A stretch of DNA of 64,000 nucleotides from Eledone cirrhosa. Its lineage: Eukaryota. This document shows positions 42,402 through 57,321 of the stretch, one piece after another. Below the pieces are notes generated by a model. That model was not told the DNA's origin. It ran no database searches and was given only the letters and a program-made list of their open reading frames with translations. The number at the start of each line of letters is the position of its first letter. Within the stretch, counting starts at the first letter, position 1. The stretch covers positions 78,616,001 through 78,680,000 of the forward strand of contig OZ024745.1 of NCBI GenBank assembly GCA_964016885.1, in the 5' to 3' direction. Position numbers and translations under genes: made by a program.

Positions 42402-42528
42402 CTATTCTCAGCTAAGTTCCCAGGCGATGCGCGGACACTAGGAACCCATATAAAAATAATAATATATATATATATTAATGTATGTATATATATATATATG
42501 TTTATATATATATGTATATATAAATATG

Positions 42529-42561
<33 letters not shown>

Positions 42562-42566
42562 GTATG

Positions 42567-42597
<31 letters not shown>

Positions 42598-42756
42598 GTA
42601 TGTATATATATATATATGTATGTATATGTATATATATATATATGTATGTATATATATATGTATGTATATGTATATATATATATATGTATGTATATATATA
42701 TGTATGTATATGTATATACATATATATATATATGTATGTATATATATTAATGTATG

Positions 42757-42813
<57 letters not shown>

Positions 42814-42840
42814 GTATGTATATATATATATTAATGTATG

Positions 42841-42871
<31 letters not shown>

Positions 42872-42930
42872 GTATGTATATATATATGTATGTATATGTA
42901 TATATATATATATGTATATATATATGTATG

Positions 42931-42963
<33 letters not shown>

Positions 42964-42983
42964 GTATGTATATATATATATGT

Positions 42984-43723
42984 ACGTTATTCCGGGTTGA
43001 ATCGGAGGTAACCACAGTAAGTAAGGTACTCAATACATAGCAGAGTATAAAAGTTTTAATATAGATGAGATTCTACAGGACTAGAACTGTTTCATTCATT
43101 AGAAATCATCAGGAATCTGGGTATCAAAAAATAAATATGGTATTTATAGGTCTCTACAAGTGGTAGGAGAGGGTGGGGAGTGGGATGGGTGCAGGTCATT
43201 GGTTGATAGAAAAGGGAATTCATTAAAAGCTAATTCTACAAAGCTATAGTTTATTTTTATTTATTTATGTTTTTAGAGTAACAAGGGCAGACAGAATTCT
43301 ATAAACAGGTTCCGGATGGCATACCATTCCTTGTCATTAAGTTTCTCTTAAGCTAACAGATGTCTATAAAATCAGTGGGGGGTCAGTCATGGTCGATAGA
43401 ATTAAAGAAAAGGGAGATTCTTTAAAAGCTAAAATCATTAAGGTTCTACTAAGTGACAAAGGTCTAGAGAATTCTGCAGACAGATTCAAAATACTGAGTG
43501 CATATCTTACTATTATCTTCGAACTTCTCTTAAACTAATCAACTATATGCCAAAAATCAACAGACACATTCACAAAAAAACAAAAAAACACATACTCACT
43601 CACACACTTACGCGCAACCATAAACACACACACAGACACATATACACACATAAAAACACACACACATATATAAAAATATATATTCATGTACACACACATA
43701 CATACACACATACATACATACAT

Positions 43724-43806
<83 letters not shown>

Positions 43807-44005
43807 TATATACACATATATACACACACACATATATATATATATATACACATACACACACACATACACATACATACACACACACACACATATATACACA
43901 AATAAATACACTCACACGCATACATACAAACACAAATATACATGTGTATACATATACACACAAATACATATAGACATATATACATACACATACACAGACA
44001 CATAT

Positions 44006-44057
<52 letters not shown>

Positions 44058-44099
44058 ACACATACATACATACACATATATATATACACACACATACGT

Positions 44100-44154
<55 letters not shown>

Positions 44155-44290
44155 TACATGCACACACATATATATACATATACACACACATACACACAAA
44201 CACACACACACATATATATACACATATACATATATACATATATACATTCATATATATAACCACATTCATATATACATACATACACATACA

Positions 44291-44352
<62 letters not shown>

Positions 44353-44397
44353 AACAAATATATACAAATACAAACACACACACATACATACACATAC

Positions 44398-44439
<42 letters not shown>

Positions 44440-44507
44440 GTTATTCCGGGTTGAATCGGAGGTAACCACAGTAAGTAAGGTACTCAATACATAGCAGAGT
44501 ATAAAAG

Positions 44508-44563
<56 letters not shown>

Positions 44564-44631
44564 CTTTTATACTCTGCTATGTATTGAGTACCTTACTTAC
44601 TGTGGTTACCTCCGATTCAACCCGGAATAAC

Positions 44632-44681
<50 letters not shown>

Positions 44682-44688
44682 GTATGTG

Positions 44689-44695
<7 letters not shown>
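42984..44695 (-). mobile_element. Non-coding PLE-derived element with direct and inverted terminal repeats (retrozyme-like)
   Basis: A 78-bp direct repeat at 42984 and 44438 (period 1454), an inverted copy at 44556-44633, a hammerhead at 43069-43117, and no real ORF. Confidence 0.75.
43069..43117 (-). ncRNA. Type I hammerhead ribozyme
   Basis: Minus strand: GATTC CTGATGA TTTC taat GAAT GAAA CAG ttctagtc CTG TA GAATC. GUA triplet; TATA-like CCTATAAATAC about 25 nt upstream. Confidence 0.85.
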
Positions 44696-44719
<24 letters not shown>

Positions 44720-44791
44720 TAGGCTTTATTCTTACTGTTAAACCAACCATGGAAATGTCTACCACTCCAAGCAATTATATGTATGTGTATG

Positions 44792-44875
<84 letters not shown>

Positions 44876-45113
44876 CACATACAAACACACATACAAACAT
44901 ACATATACACATACATACATATAAACATATATATACACACAAATATATACACGTATGTAGATACATATATACACATACATACATATATATATATATATAC
45001 ACATATATATACATATATACACATATACATACATATATTTACACACACATATACATATTATATATACACATATACACACACATACACACACACATATATA
45101 CACATACATACAT

Positions 45114-45168
<55 letters not shown>

Positions 45169-45309
45169 TACATATACATACACATACATATATATATATA
45201 TATACATACAAATACACACACATATATATACACGCACACACATATATATAACCACATATATATACACACACACACACACACATACACATGCATATATATA
45301 AATACCTAT

Positions 45310-45359
<50 letters not shown>

Positions 45360-45448
45360 ATACATATACAAACATACACATACATACACAGACCTATACA
45401 TAAATATACACATATATATACAGACATATAACGCATATATACACACAC

Positions 45449-45522
<74 letters not shown>

Positions 45523-45575
45523 GCGCGCATACACACATACACACACAAATATATATACACACTCTCTCTCTCACG

Positions 45576-45646
<71 letters not shown>

Positions 45647-45649
<3 letters not shown>

Positions 45650-46216
45650 GGTTATCCCAAGCGACTGATTAACGGAATTAGAGACCCCAGACCCAGTAGA
45701 CAGACACCCACTAGAAAACTTAATATTAGCAGGTGCTTCTTTAAAATCCCCCACCTGAGTGAATATACCACGAACGCCATCCGCAGGGCCATACGGACGG
45801 AGGGACTTGACATACATTTGGCCCACACAGGACCTTCGCTGCGAAGATGCCTCTCCAACAAACCCTACGAGGCAAATGGGACGTGTTCCCTCAGCAACTG
45901 CCCGATACGGGGGGCAGATTGCCTACGCACCTATGTCGTATATAAGATTCAATGCGATAAATGTAACAAGTTTTACATAGGTAGCACCATCCGACCCTTA
46001 CATGTTCGTATCAAGGAACATATCAACACCAACGCATCTTCCTTCCGTAAACATATCCTTAAATGCGGAAACCCACAGGGTAGACCCTTGGTCACAGTCC
46101 TAGCGACTGAACGCAGCATCGGATCCTTAAGGATAAAGGAAGCACTTGTTATTAAGAACCTCAGACCCCCACTTAACAACCGGGCTGAGAGAAATGAGCT
46201 GACATGGCTAACTTAA
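45647..46216 (+). pseudogene. 5'-truncated PLE ORF: RT thumb/linker + GIY-YIG endonuclease
   Basis: One open frame [64 protein letters not shown]. The 3' UTR has a duplication of about 155 bp (46255-46570) and runs to TA near 47010. Confidence 0.88.
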
Positions 46217-46824
46217 CCATAATGACCATTCACAGCCTACGGCCTGCTATCTTCACACACACGCACGTATATGCATACCCATACGCATGCACACACACTT
46301 CTATATTTTACACGCACACATGTTTTTACAACCTACCACCTTTCACACCCTTTGATTTCCAGCTTTTACAGCCCACTATCTTTCACACACAAACGCACTC
46401 ACACATATACACACACAGTTACACACACACATGTATACCCATACGCTTACACACACACACATCTATATTTACACACGCACACATATTTTACAACCTACCA
46501 CCTTTCACACCCTTTGATTTCCAACTTCTACAGCCCACTATCTTTCACACACACACACACTCACACATATACACACTTACACTTATACACACACAGTCAC
46601 ACACACATATATATTTACATACACATATCTTACGGCTTTCACACGCTAACGCACCCTCTTGATTTAACCCATTTGGTCAGTAGCTTTTGCCACAGCTTAT
46701 CACGCGCACGCGCATTCTTTCCCTCGTTTAAATTTTAAATATTTTTCTCCCCATAACGGCATTCCTGTCTTAACGACATCACCACTTTCTCCGCTTGGCC
46801 TGTTTTCCCCCCTTTTGGAATTTT

Positions 46825-46860
46825 TCCCCCGTTGATGGGCGTGAGCCCGAAATATTGGGA
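46825..46860 (+). ncRNA. Degenerate minimal hammerhead in the PLE 3' UTR
   Basis: TCCC CCGTTGA T GGGC gtga GCCC GAAA TATT GGGA. Stems are intact; the core differs from CTGATGA at two positions. Confidence 0.5.
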
Positions 46861-47007
46861 TTAAATCTCTACTACGGTAACCCTTCTAACTTTGTTTTGT
46901 TTTCATCTTTGTCTCTCCCAACATTCACTTTCACCTGTTTTTCCTATCTATATTTCACTTCCTACCTCGAGATTTCCCTTTGCATTGTTGTGGCTTTCTT
47001 AAATACG

Positions 47008-47073
<66 letters not shown>

Positions 47074-47206
47074 TATACATATATATATATACATACACAC
47101 ACATACACATATACACACATACATATACACAGACATATATATATATATATATACACACATACATACACACATACACACACACATATATATATATACACAT
47201 ATACAC

Positions 47207-47247
<41 letters not shown>

Positions 47248-47292
47248 TAAACAAATAATGAACAAACAATTCCTTATATTAAACAAAAAAAG

Positions 47293-47447
47293 TTCACTAT
47301 TTAACGATCGTTTCTAGGGTATATATGTGTTATAATTGGTATGCATATTTAACAGATCTATGTACAAAATTATACAAAATTATACAAATTATCAAGATTA
47401 AATATACATACCTAACTCATATATACGCCGTCTTCAGAAATAATGAA
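47293..47447 (-). ncRNA. Hammerhead ribozyme (inverted pLTR copy)
   Basis: Reverse complement of 48912-49066. Confidence 0.8.
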
Positions 47448-48224
47448 GTATATTTATTGATAATAACAACAATTCAAAATATCAGTTCAAAATTGACCAA
47501 TGAAAACACAAAGGGTTAAAAAGCAGTTTGGTGTGTGTATATACATGTAAAACCCCACACACATTTTACAATAATGTGTGTATAATTTGTATGTGCATAC
47601 TAAAAAGATGGATGCAAATAAAAAATTTCAAGGTTAATATCTCTGTAAGCTTAATGCGCTGATAAGATACGCAATGATACTTATGGAGTCAAGCATATAA
47701 ATATATTTTTTTCATACTCACACATATCAGTATAATCACACATACATGTGCGTATATATATAAATATACACATAACCACGAACACACAAACACACACACT
47801 CCCCCACTCACATTTATATATGTGGATATAAAATCATAAGCAAATAGAAATTAAGTCACTTACATAAACACACTGGTACACACATTTCAAGATCAAGATA
47901 CAGAAATTAGGTGGGAGGGGGGGGGGGAGGGGTCAGTATTAAATTGTCAGACCAGACAGCCTAATATAAATGTATCTATAAATTATGAAAAATAAAAAAT
48001 AAAAAAATAAAAACAATAAAATATAATACATATAATATAATGTACATACGCATACAGATATACATACACATACATACATGTACGCGCACATAGAGATATC
48101 TACACATACATACATACACACGTACCTATACTTTCATACACACGCATACATTTACACGAACATACACATACACATATAAAAAGATATAAATACGGACACA
48201 CACACGCGCAACACATACACACAT

Positions 48225-48267
<43 letters not shown>

Positions 48268-48911
48268 TACATATATATATACACACACACATAGACTCAT
48301 ATATATATACATACACATACATACACTTATACACAAACATATATATCCCACACTCATACCACCATATTTTTCATAATTTATAGATACATTTATATTAGGC
48401 TGTCTGGTCTGACAATTTAATACTGACCCCTCCCCCCCCCCCTCCCACCTAATTTCTGTATCTTGATCTTGAAATGTGTGTACCAGTGTGTTTATGTAAG
48501 TGACTTAATTTCTATTTGCTTATGATTTTATATCCACATATATAAATGTGAGTGGGGGAGTGTGTGTGTTTGTGTGTTCGTGGTTATGTGTATATTTATA
48601 TATATACGCACATGTATGTGTGATTATACTGATATGTGTGAGTATGAAAAAAATATATTTATATGCTTGACTCCATAAGTATCATTGCGTATCTTATCAG
48701 CGCATTAAGCTTACAGAGATATTAACCTTGAAATTTTTTATTTGCATCCATCTTTTTAGTATGCACATACAAATTATACACACATTATTGTAAAATGTGT
48801 GTGGGGTTTTACATGTATATACACACACCAAACTGCTTTTTAACCCTTTGTGTTTTCATTGGTCAATTTTGAACTGATATTTTGAATTGTTGTTATTATC
48901 AATAAATATAC

Positions 48912-49066
48912 TTCATTATTTCTGAAGACGGCGTATATATGAGTTAGGTATGTATATTTAATCTTGATAATTTGTATAATTTTGTATAATTTTGTACATA
49001 GATCTGTTAAATATGCATACCAATTATAACACATATATACCCTAGAAACGATCGTTAAATAGTGAA
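48912..49066 (+). ncRNA. Type I hammerhead ribozyme with 116-nt stem II domain (5' pLTR)
   Basis: Stem I TTCATTATTT/AAATAGTGAA; CTGAAGA; stem II helices GTATATATG/CATATATAC and GGTATGTATATTTA/TAAATATGCATACC; GAAA-CGATCG-TT. Predicted cleavage after 49056. Confidence 0.8.
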
Positions 49067-49409
49067 CTTTTTTTGTTTAATATAAGGAATTGTTTGTTCA
49101 TTATTTGTTTAATATTTTATCTTGACTCTGTATACCGTTTATCTTTCACCGAAATTGGATTTTCATTACATCTCTTCTTTCCATGATATCCGGAATACAT
49201 TGAGTTCTTCATACGGATTGGACACTACCGTAAACTCTTGGTAGATTTATCTACATAATTTTGCTCCTATTTTCACGGAAATATTCGTATTTTTGTACTG
49301 TATGTGTGTATTAATTTTATATTTATGTATAAACATATATATATGTATGATTTTGTAAACCCATATACATTTAGTTGAGCTCTTTCAATTGTCCATCATC
49401 CATATCACA

Positions 49410-51851
49410 ATGGAAAAACAATATTTAGGAACCTCCTTAAAAAACATACCAATACCTTCTAAGGACGACTTCTTACTCCTTATGATTCAGAAAACTAATA
49501 ATTTTATCAGAAGGGTTAGATGGAGAGCCTACCACTTTGATAGAAAATCTAAACAAGCAGATCGGAAATATATGTATGATTTCAATACTTACAAGAATCC
49601 ACCACACAACTTTTTACTTGAAGACTTCGAGAAAGACCTTTTTAATTTAATTAAACACCTCAAATTTAAAAAGTATAAATCAGTCTTTCAAAAGGACCTT
49701 GATTCTACCCTATTGGACCTAAAAAAGTCTAAAAAAATCCATGTCCACTCGGACAAAACTGGTAACTTGTATCATATGGATATTGAACATTATAATGAGT
49801 TCATATATAAAGAACTCAGAAAAAATTATAAAAAATCTAATAATGCGTCACTCACCAACATCAACAACAAAACACACAACATAGTAAAAAAACTAAATAT
49901 TGAAGATAGAACTGAACCTTTGGCATTGAGAAGTCCACACTTCAACCTGAAAGATCACAAATCTAACTTTAACTCTAATCCTTCTATTAGACTTATATGT
50001 CCCTCCAAATCAGATATTGGAATAATTAGCAAAAAAATTTTAGATAGAGTCATCCCACAAATAAGAAAATACGTTATTTTACCACTCTGGGAAAACACCT
50101 CCCAGGTAATTAATTGGTTTAAAAATATTAGGTGTAAATCTTCTGCTTCTTTCCTACAGTTTGATATAGATAATTATTATTCTTCTATATCACCCATACT
50201 CCTGAACAAAGCATTAATATTTGCTAAAAATAGATCTAATTTAACTTCGGATGACATTAACATTATTACACATGCTAGACAAACACTTATTGAATTTCAG
50301 AATGAATACTGGACCAGAAACACTTATAGTAATCTTTTTGATATTACTATGGGTTCAAGCGATTCTGCCCAAATTACTGATCTTGTGGGCCTCTTTCTCC
50401 TTTTCAACATAAATGCCTCTTTTCCCCACCTCAAAGGTGGTTTATATCGTGATGACTGTCTTCTTCTTTCTAACAACCTTAGCCTTTCAGAAATCGAAAA
50501 AAACAAAAAGCATATTAGAACTTTCCTTAAAGACTATTATAATCTTAATATTACTTTTGAAAAAACAAGTAAAGTAGTAAATTTCCTAGATATAACTTTA
50601 GATTTAGCTACGGGTATATACCAACCTTACCATAAACCTAACCAAAACTTACATTACATACACTCACAATCTAATCACCCTAAATCTATCCTTAAAAACC
50701 TTGCATATAATATATCACTTAGAATTTCTAACCTTTCTTCTAACCAAGATGTATTTGATAAAAATGCGACCTTTTATAATGAAGCTCTAGATAGAAGTGG
50801 CCACAAAAATAGATTAGAGTATATACCTTCTACTAAAAATACTGAAAGCATACAGCATAATATTACCAACAAACACCAAATGAAAAGTACACACCTAAAT
50901 GCCACCCACAGTATACCCCAAAATACTAAATCTTCTAATATAAAGTATAGTAACCCTCAAAAAACTACTCATCATAAGACTATAATAAATATTAATAATA
51001 AAACTCCTAATAAAAAAGATAAAACATCTAAATCTACAAATATAACTAAAAATAGTTGTGGTGAGATCATTAACATTATTCCTCCTAGTAAAAATCATGA
51101 TACAACATATAAAAATAATAAAAATAATAAACAACATAGAAACCGTAATAGACGAGTTACTTGGTATAATGCTCCTTTTAATTTACAAGTTAAGGATAAT
51201 ATTGCTAAAAAATTTTTTTATATCCTTGAGAAAAACTTCCCGCCAAACCACAAATACCATCAAATCTTAAATAGGTCTACAGTTAAATTCTCATATTCTA
51301 CAACAAATAACATAAAACAAAATATAAGTGCATATAATGCATATAAATGTAAGAAAACTATAAGTATACCACCAGTACATCAAATTAACAATAATATCTC
51401 CTCAAATACAGAATTAACGAAAGGATGTAACTGTAGAAACAAAACAAACTGCCCATTAAAAGGGAATTGTCTTGTTAACAACATAGTCTATAAATGTAAT
51501 GTTAAAACTAAAGATTCTATTTGCTCATATATAGGAGCTACCTCTAACAATTTTAAGACAAGGTATAATACCCACAAACATAGCTTTAAAAATGCCGCAC
51601 TGGCTAATACAACATCTCTAGCAGAAAAAATCAATAGTTATAAAAATAAAAATATAAAATATGATTTGACCTGGGGTGTGCTCAAAAGAGCCACCCCTTA
51701 TCAAAATAATAGAAAGGAATGTAGATTATGTTCCCAAGAACTATTTGAAATAATGAAGTCTAGGGATATCTTATTAAATAAAAGACAGGAATTAATTATA
51801 TCGTGTAATCATAAACTAAAAAAAACATTTAAATATTATAAACCTAATTAA
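49410..51851 (+). CDS. Naiad-type PLE polyprotein, RT + GIY-YIG endonuclease, 813 aa, uninterrupted
   Basis: SLKNIPIPS..RVRWRA N-terminus, SDKTGNLY, LKDHK..RLICPSKS, QFDIDNYYSSI, DITMGS, LYRDD, VNFLDI, SNHP, TWYNAPF, CNCRNKTNCPLKGNC, IVY..YIG..FKTRYNTH, CRLC..E, LLN. First ATG at 49410. Confidence 0.93.
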   Translation: MEKQYLGTSLKNIPIPSKDDFLLLMIQKTNNFIRRVRWRAYHFDRKSKQADRKYMYDFNTYKNPPHNFLLEDFEKDLFNLIKHLKFKKYKSVFQKDLDSTLLDLKKSKKIHVHSDKTGNLYHMDIEHYNEFIYKELRKNYKKSNNASLTNINNKTHNIVKKLNIEDRTEPLALRSPHFNLKDHKSNFNSNPSIRLICPSKSDIGIISKKILDRVIPQIRKYVILPLWENTSQVINWFKNIRCKSSASFLQFDIDNYYSSISPILLNKALIFAKNRSNLTSDDINIITHARQTLIEFQNEYWTRNTYSNLFDITMGSSDSAQITDLVGLFLLFNINASFPHLKGGLYRDDCLLLSNNLSLSEIEKNKKHIRTFLKDYYNLNITFEKTSKVVNFLDITLDLATGIYQPYHKPNQNLHYIHSQSNHPKSILKNLAYNISLRISNLSSNQDVFDKNATFYNEALDRSGHKNRLEYIPSTKNTESIQHNITNKHQMKSTHLNATHSIPQNTKSSNIKYSNPQKTTHHKTIININNKTPNKKDKTSKSTNITKNSCGEIINIIPPSKNHDTTYKNNKNNKQHRNRNRRVTWYNAPFNLQVKDNIAKKFFYILEKNFPPNHKYHQILNRSTVKFSYSTTNNIKQNISAYNAYKCKKTISIPPVHQINNNISSNTELTKGCNCRNKTNCPLKGNCLVNNIVYKCNVKTKDSICSYIGATSNNFKTRYNTHKHSFKNAALANTTSLAEKINSYKNKNIKYDLTWGVLKRATPYQNNRKECRLCSQELFEIMKSRDILLNKRQELIISCNHKLKKTFKYYKPN

Positions 51852-53696
51852 TAACATTATTCTAGAATTTAATTTAATTTAAATGTTAGTTAACCTATAA
51901 ATTTAATTTAATTAATATTTTATTACAGATGAGTAAATATTATGTAATCATTAATTTTGAAAAACCTTTAAATATTACTAATATATATTCAGTAATTTAA
52001 TTTATAGATTAATTTTAACTTATTTTAACCTTTTATTATAATTTTTTAATTTAGTTTAACCTTTTATTATAATTTTTTTTTTATTATAATTCTTTTACAG
52101 ATAAAATATAACAAAATAATATCATGTATCCTATGACGGAGATAGAATTTTTAGTATTATTGACCTAATTAATATACATTTTGGAAATATATTTATTATT
52201 TGGTTTTAGCTTTAATCAACCTAAAACTTTAATTTTAATTTTAATTTGCTTAAAATTAGTATCCTTGTACAGACGAATTGCAGAATGTCATGTAATCATA
52301 GAATGGGAGGTGTTTTTGGATATATACCTAGTTAATATATTCTGTGCAAATTTTTTGAAAAAGATATGTATATCTATATGTATATGTATATGTGTGTGTT
52401 GTATGTGTATCTGTATGTATATTTATGTGACTATATATGTATGTATGTGTATATATATGTATATATATATATATATATGTGTATGTATATGTATATGTAT
52501 GTGTATGTGTATGTATATGTATGTGTGTGCGTATTAATTTTGATTTTTATTTGCATATAATTATATTATGCTATTGATGAAATACAATATCTGCTTTATG
52601 TATTGTATACCTAATTAACATATACTAATTAACATATACTATTGAAATAAATATATAATTTTTAACTTAGTTAACATATAATTTATATGCTACTACCGAT
52701 GTAATACTTTATTTTATTTTTATTTGGGTTTCTTTTCCCTATTACTAAATTCATCTCCTAATATTGATACCATAATGTTATTAACTTTAATTTAGTTATA
52801 ATGTAATTAATAATCTACTACTGTTTGACTTCATAATTCTGCTTCAAATATTATAAACCTAACTAATTTACACCTTGGAAATCAATATGTTGACTATCTT
52901 TGGTTTAGTTGACATATGATTAATGGTATACTTTTTTATTTTGTGATGCATAGATTTCGTATTTCCTAGCACTGTAAATATGTGGGAACATACATTGAAT
53001 TAAGATATGGAAAATATTATATGTTTCTTGAAACTTATATTTACTTTGATCCCCTTCTCCAAACCCCCCCTTTCCCCCATACTATTATCATCTGTTTTTG
53101 TAAGTGTATATGTATGAATATATGTGTAGATGGGTGTCTATATAGTTTTTTTTGGTATTTATTTCTAAATATAAAAATACATATATGAGCATGTAAATAT
53201 GAATGTAAGATTGAGTGTGTATATATGATTGTACATACATATGTATGTATATATATGTATATATATATATATATTATATATGTACGTGTATGTGAATGTG
53301 TGGTATGTATATGTGTATGTGTATGTATATATGTGTGTGTATGTGTATGCTTGTATATAGGAATATATATGTGTGTATATATGTATATATATGTATATGC
53401 GTGTTTGTATGTATGTGTATATGGGTTCTGTATATATTTGTATGTCTCTCTATTTATATGTTTATCTTCGTATCTATGTGATATATGTGTGTGTGTGTGC
53501 ACGTATGCATATGTATGTGTTTGTGTGTGTTTGTATGTGTGTGTGTATATATATATATGTATTTGCGCACACTCACATACACATATATATATATATATAT
53601 ATATATGTGAGTGTGTATGTGTGTCTGTGGGTGTGTGCGTGTGTGTATATGTGTATATGTATATATATGTGTATGTATGTGTATGTGTGTGTATAT

Positions 53697-53736
<40 letters not shown>

Positions 53737-53871
53737 ATATAGGTGTCTATGTGTGAATATATGTCTTTATTCGTATGTGTGTATTTATATATGTTTATAT
53801 TTAGGTGTATGTATGTATGTGTATGTATGTATGTATATGTATGTATATGTATATATATGTGTATATGTGTG

Positions 53872-53908
<37 letters not shown>

Positions 53909-54123
53909 CTTTATTATTATTGTAATATAACTTATGTGTATATGTGTATAAGTGAGGTTGTGTATGTATATATACTATGTGTATATATAAGGGTAATGAA
54001 ATATATATATATATATATATATATATGTGCATGTCTGTATTTTATGTGTGTGTGTGTATATATATATGTGTATGTGTGTATATGTGTATGTATATATACA
54101 TATATGTGTACGTGTGTGTATGT

Positions 54124-54168
<45 letters not shown>

Positions 54169-54287
54169 TGGATGTTTGTATGTGTTTTTATGGTGGTATG
54201 AGTGTGGGATATATATGTTTGTGTATAAGTGTATGTATGTGTATGTATATATATATGAGTCTATGTGTGTGTGTATATATATATGTA

Positions 54288-54330
<43 letters not shown>

Positions 54331-55104
54331 ATGTGTGTATGTGTTGCGCGTGTGTGTGTCCGTATTTATATCTTTTTATATGTGTATGTGTATGTTCGTG
54401 TAAATGTATGCGTGTGTATGAAAGTATAGGTACGTGTGTATGTATGTATGTGTAGATATCTCTATGTGCGCGTACATGTATGTATGTGTATGTATATCTG
54501 TATGCGTATGTACATTATATTATATGTATTATATTTTATTGTTTTTATTTTTTTATTTTTTATTTTTCATAATTTATAGATACATTTATATTAGGCTGTC
54601 TGGTCTGACAATTTAATACTGACCCCTCCCCCCCCTCCCACCTAATTTCTGTATCTTGATCTTGAAATGTGTGTACCAGTGTGTTTATGTAAGTGACTTA
54701 ATTTCTATTTGCTTATGATTTTATATCCACATATATAAATGTGAGTGGGGGAGTGTGTGTGTTTGTGTGTTCGTGGTTATGTGTATATTTATATATATAC
54801 GCACATGTATGTGTGATTATACTGATATGTGTGAGTATGAAAAAAATATATTTATATGCTTGACTCCATAAGTATCATTGCGTATCTTATCAGCGCATTA
54901 AGCTTACAGAGATATTAACCTTGAAATTTTTTATTTGCATCCATCTTTTTAGTATGCACATACAAATTATACACACATTATTGTAAAATGTGTGTGGGGT
55001 TTTACATGTATATACACACACCAAACTGCTTTTTAACCCTTTGTGTTTTCATTGGTCAATTTTGAACTGATATTTTGAATTGTTGTTATTATCAATAAAT
55101 ATAC

Positions 55105-55259
55105 TTCATTATTTCTGAAGACGGCGTATATATGAGTTAGGTATGTATATTTAATCTTGATAATTTGTATAATTTTGTATAATTTTGTACATAGATCTGT
55201 TAAATATGCATACCAATTATAACACATATATACCCTAGAAACGATCGTTAAATAGTGAA
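55105..55259 (+). ncRNA. Hammerhead ribozyme (3' pLTR copy)
   Basis: Same sequence as 48912-49066; predicted cleavage after 55249. Confidence 0.8.
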
Positions 55260-55452
55260 CTTTTTTTTTGTTTAATATAAGGAATTGTTTGTTCATTATT
55301 TGTTTAATATTTTATCTTGACTCTGTATACCGTTTATCTTTCACCGAAATTGGATTTTCATTACATCTCTTCTTTCCATGATATCCGGAATACATTGAGT
55401 TCTTCATACGGATTGGACACTACCGTAAACTCTTGGTAGATTTATCTACATA

Positions 55453-57171
<1,719 letters not shown>

Positions 57172-57321
57172 TGTTATACTTTGGGAGGGTCATGCCAATA
57201 AGAAACACACGCACCAGTTGCTCACTTCAATTTAATTTAATATATATTTATAAATTTACAAATTTATAAATTTCTGGTTGGTTGGTTGGTTCCACAACCA
57301 GATAGTTGTTTATATATATAT

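Larger units (their letters stand above)
47241..55452 (+). mobile_element. Complete Naiad-type Penelope-like element: inverted pLTR + direct pLTR + ORF + 3' pLTR, in (TA)n
   Basis: 47241-48366 is the reverse complement of about 54189-55312. 48365-49257 equals 54561-55452 apart from homopolymer lengths. An intact ORF lies between them, with TA-rich flanks. Confidence 0.93.

Noticed and set aside
51852-52180. Selenoprotein/SECIS as known from some Naiads
   Set aside because: The ORF has no in-frame TGA, and the ATGA..AA..GA candidate at 52134 lacks a pairing helix II.
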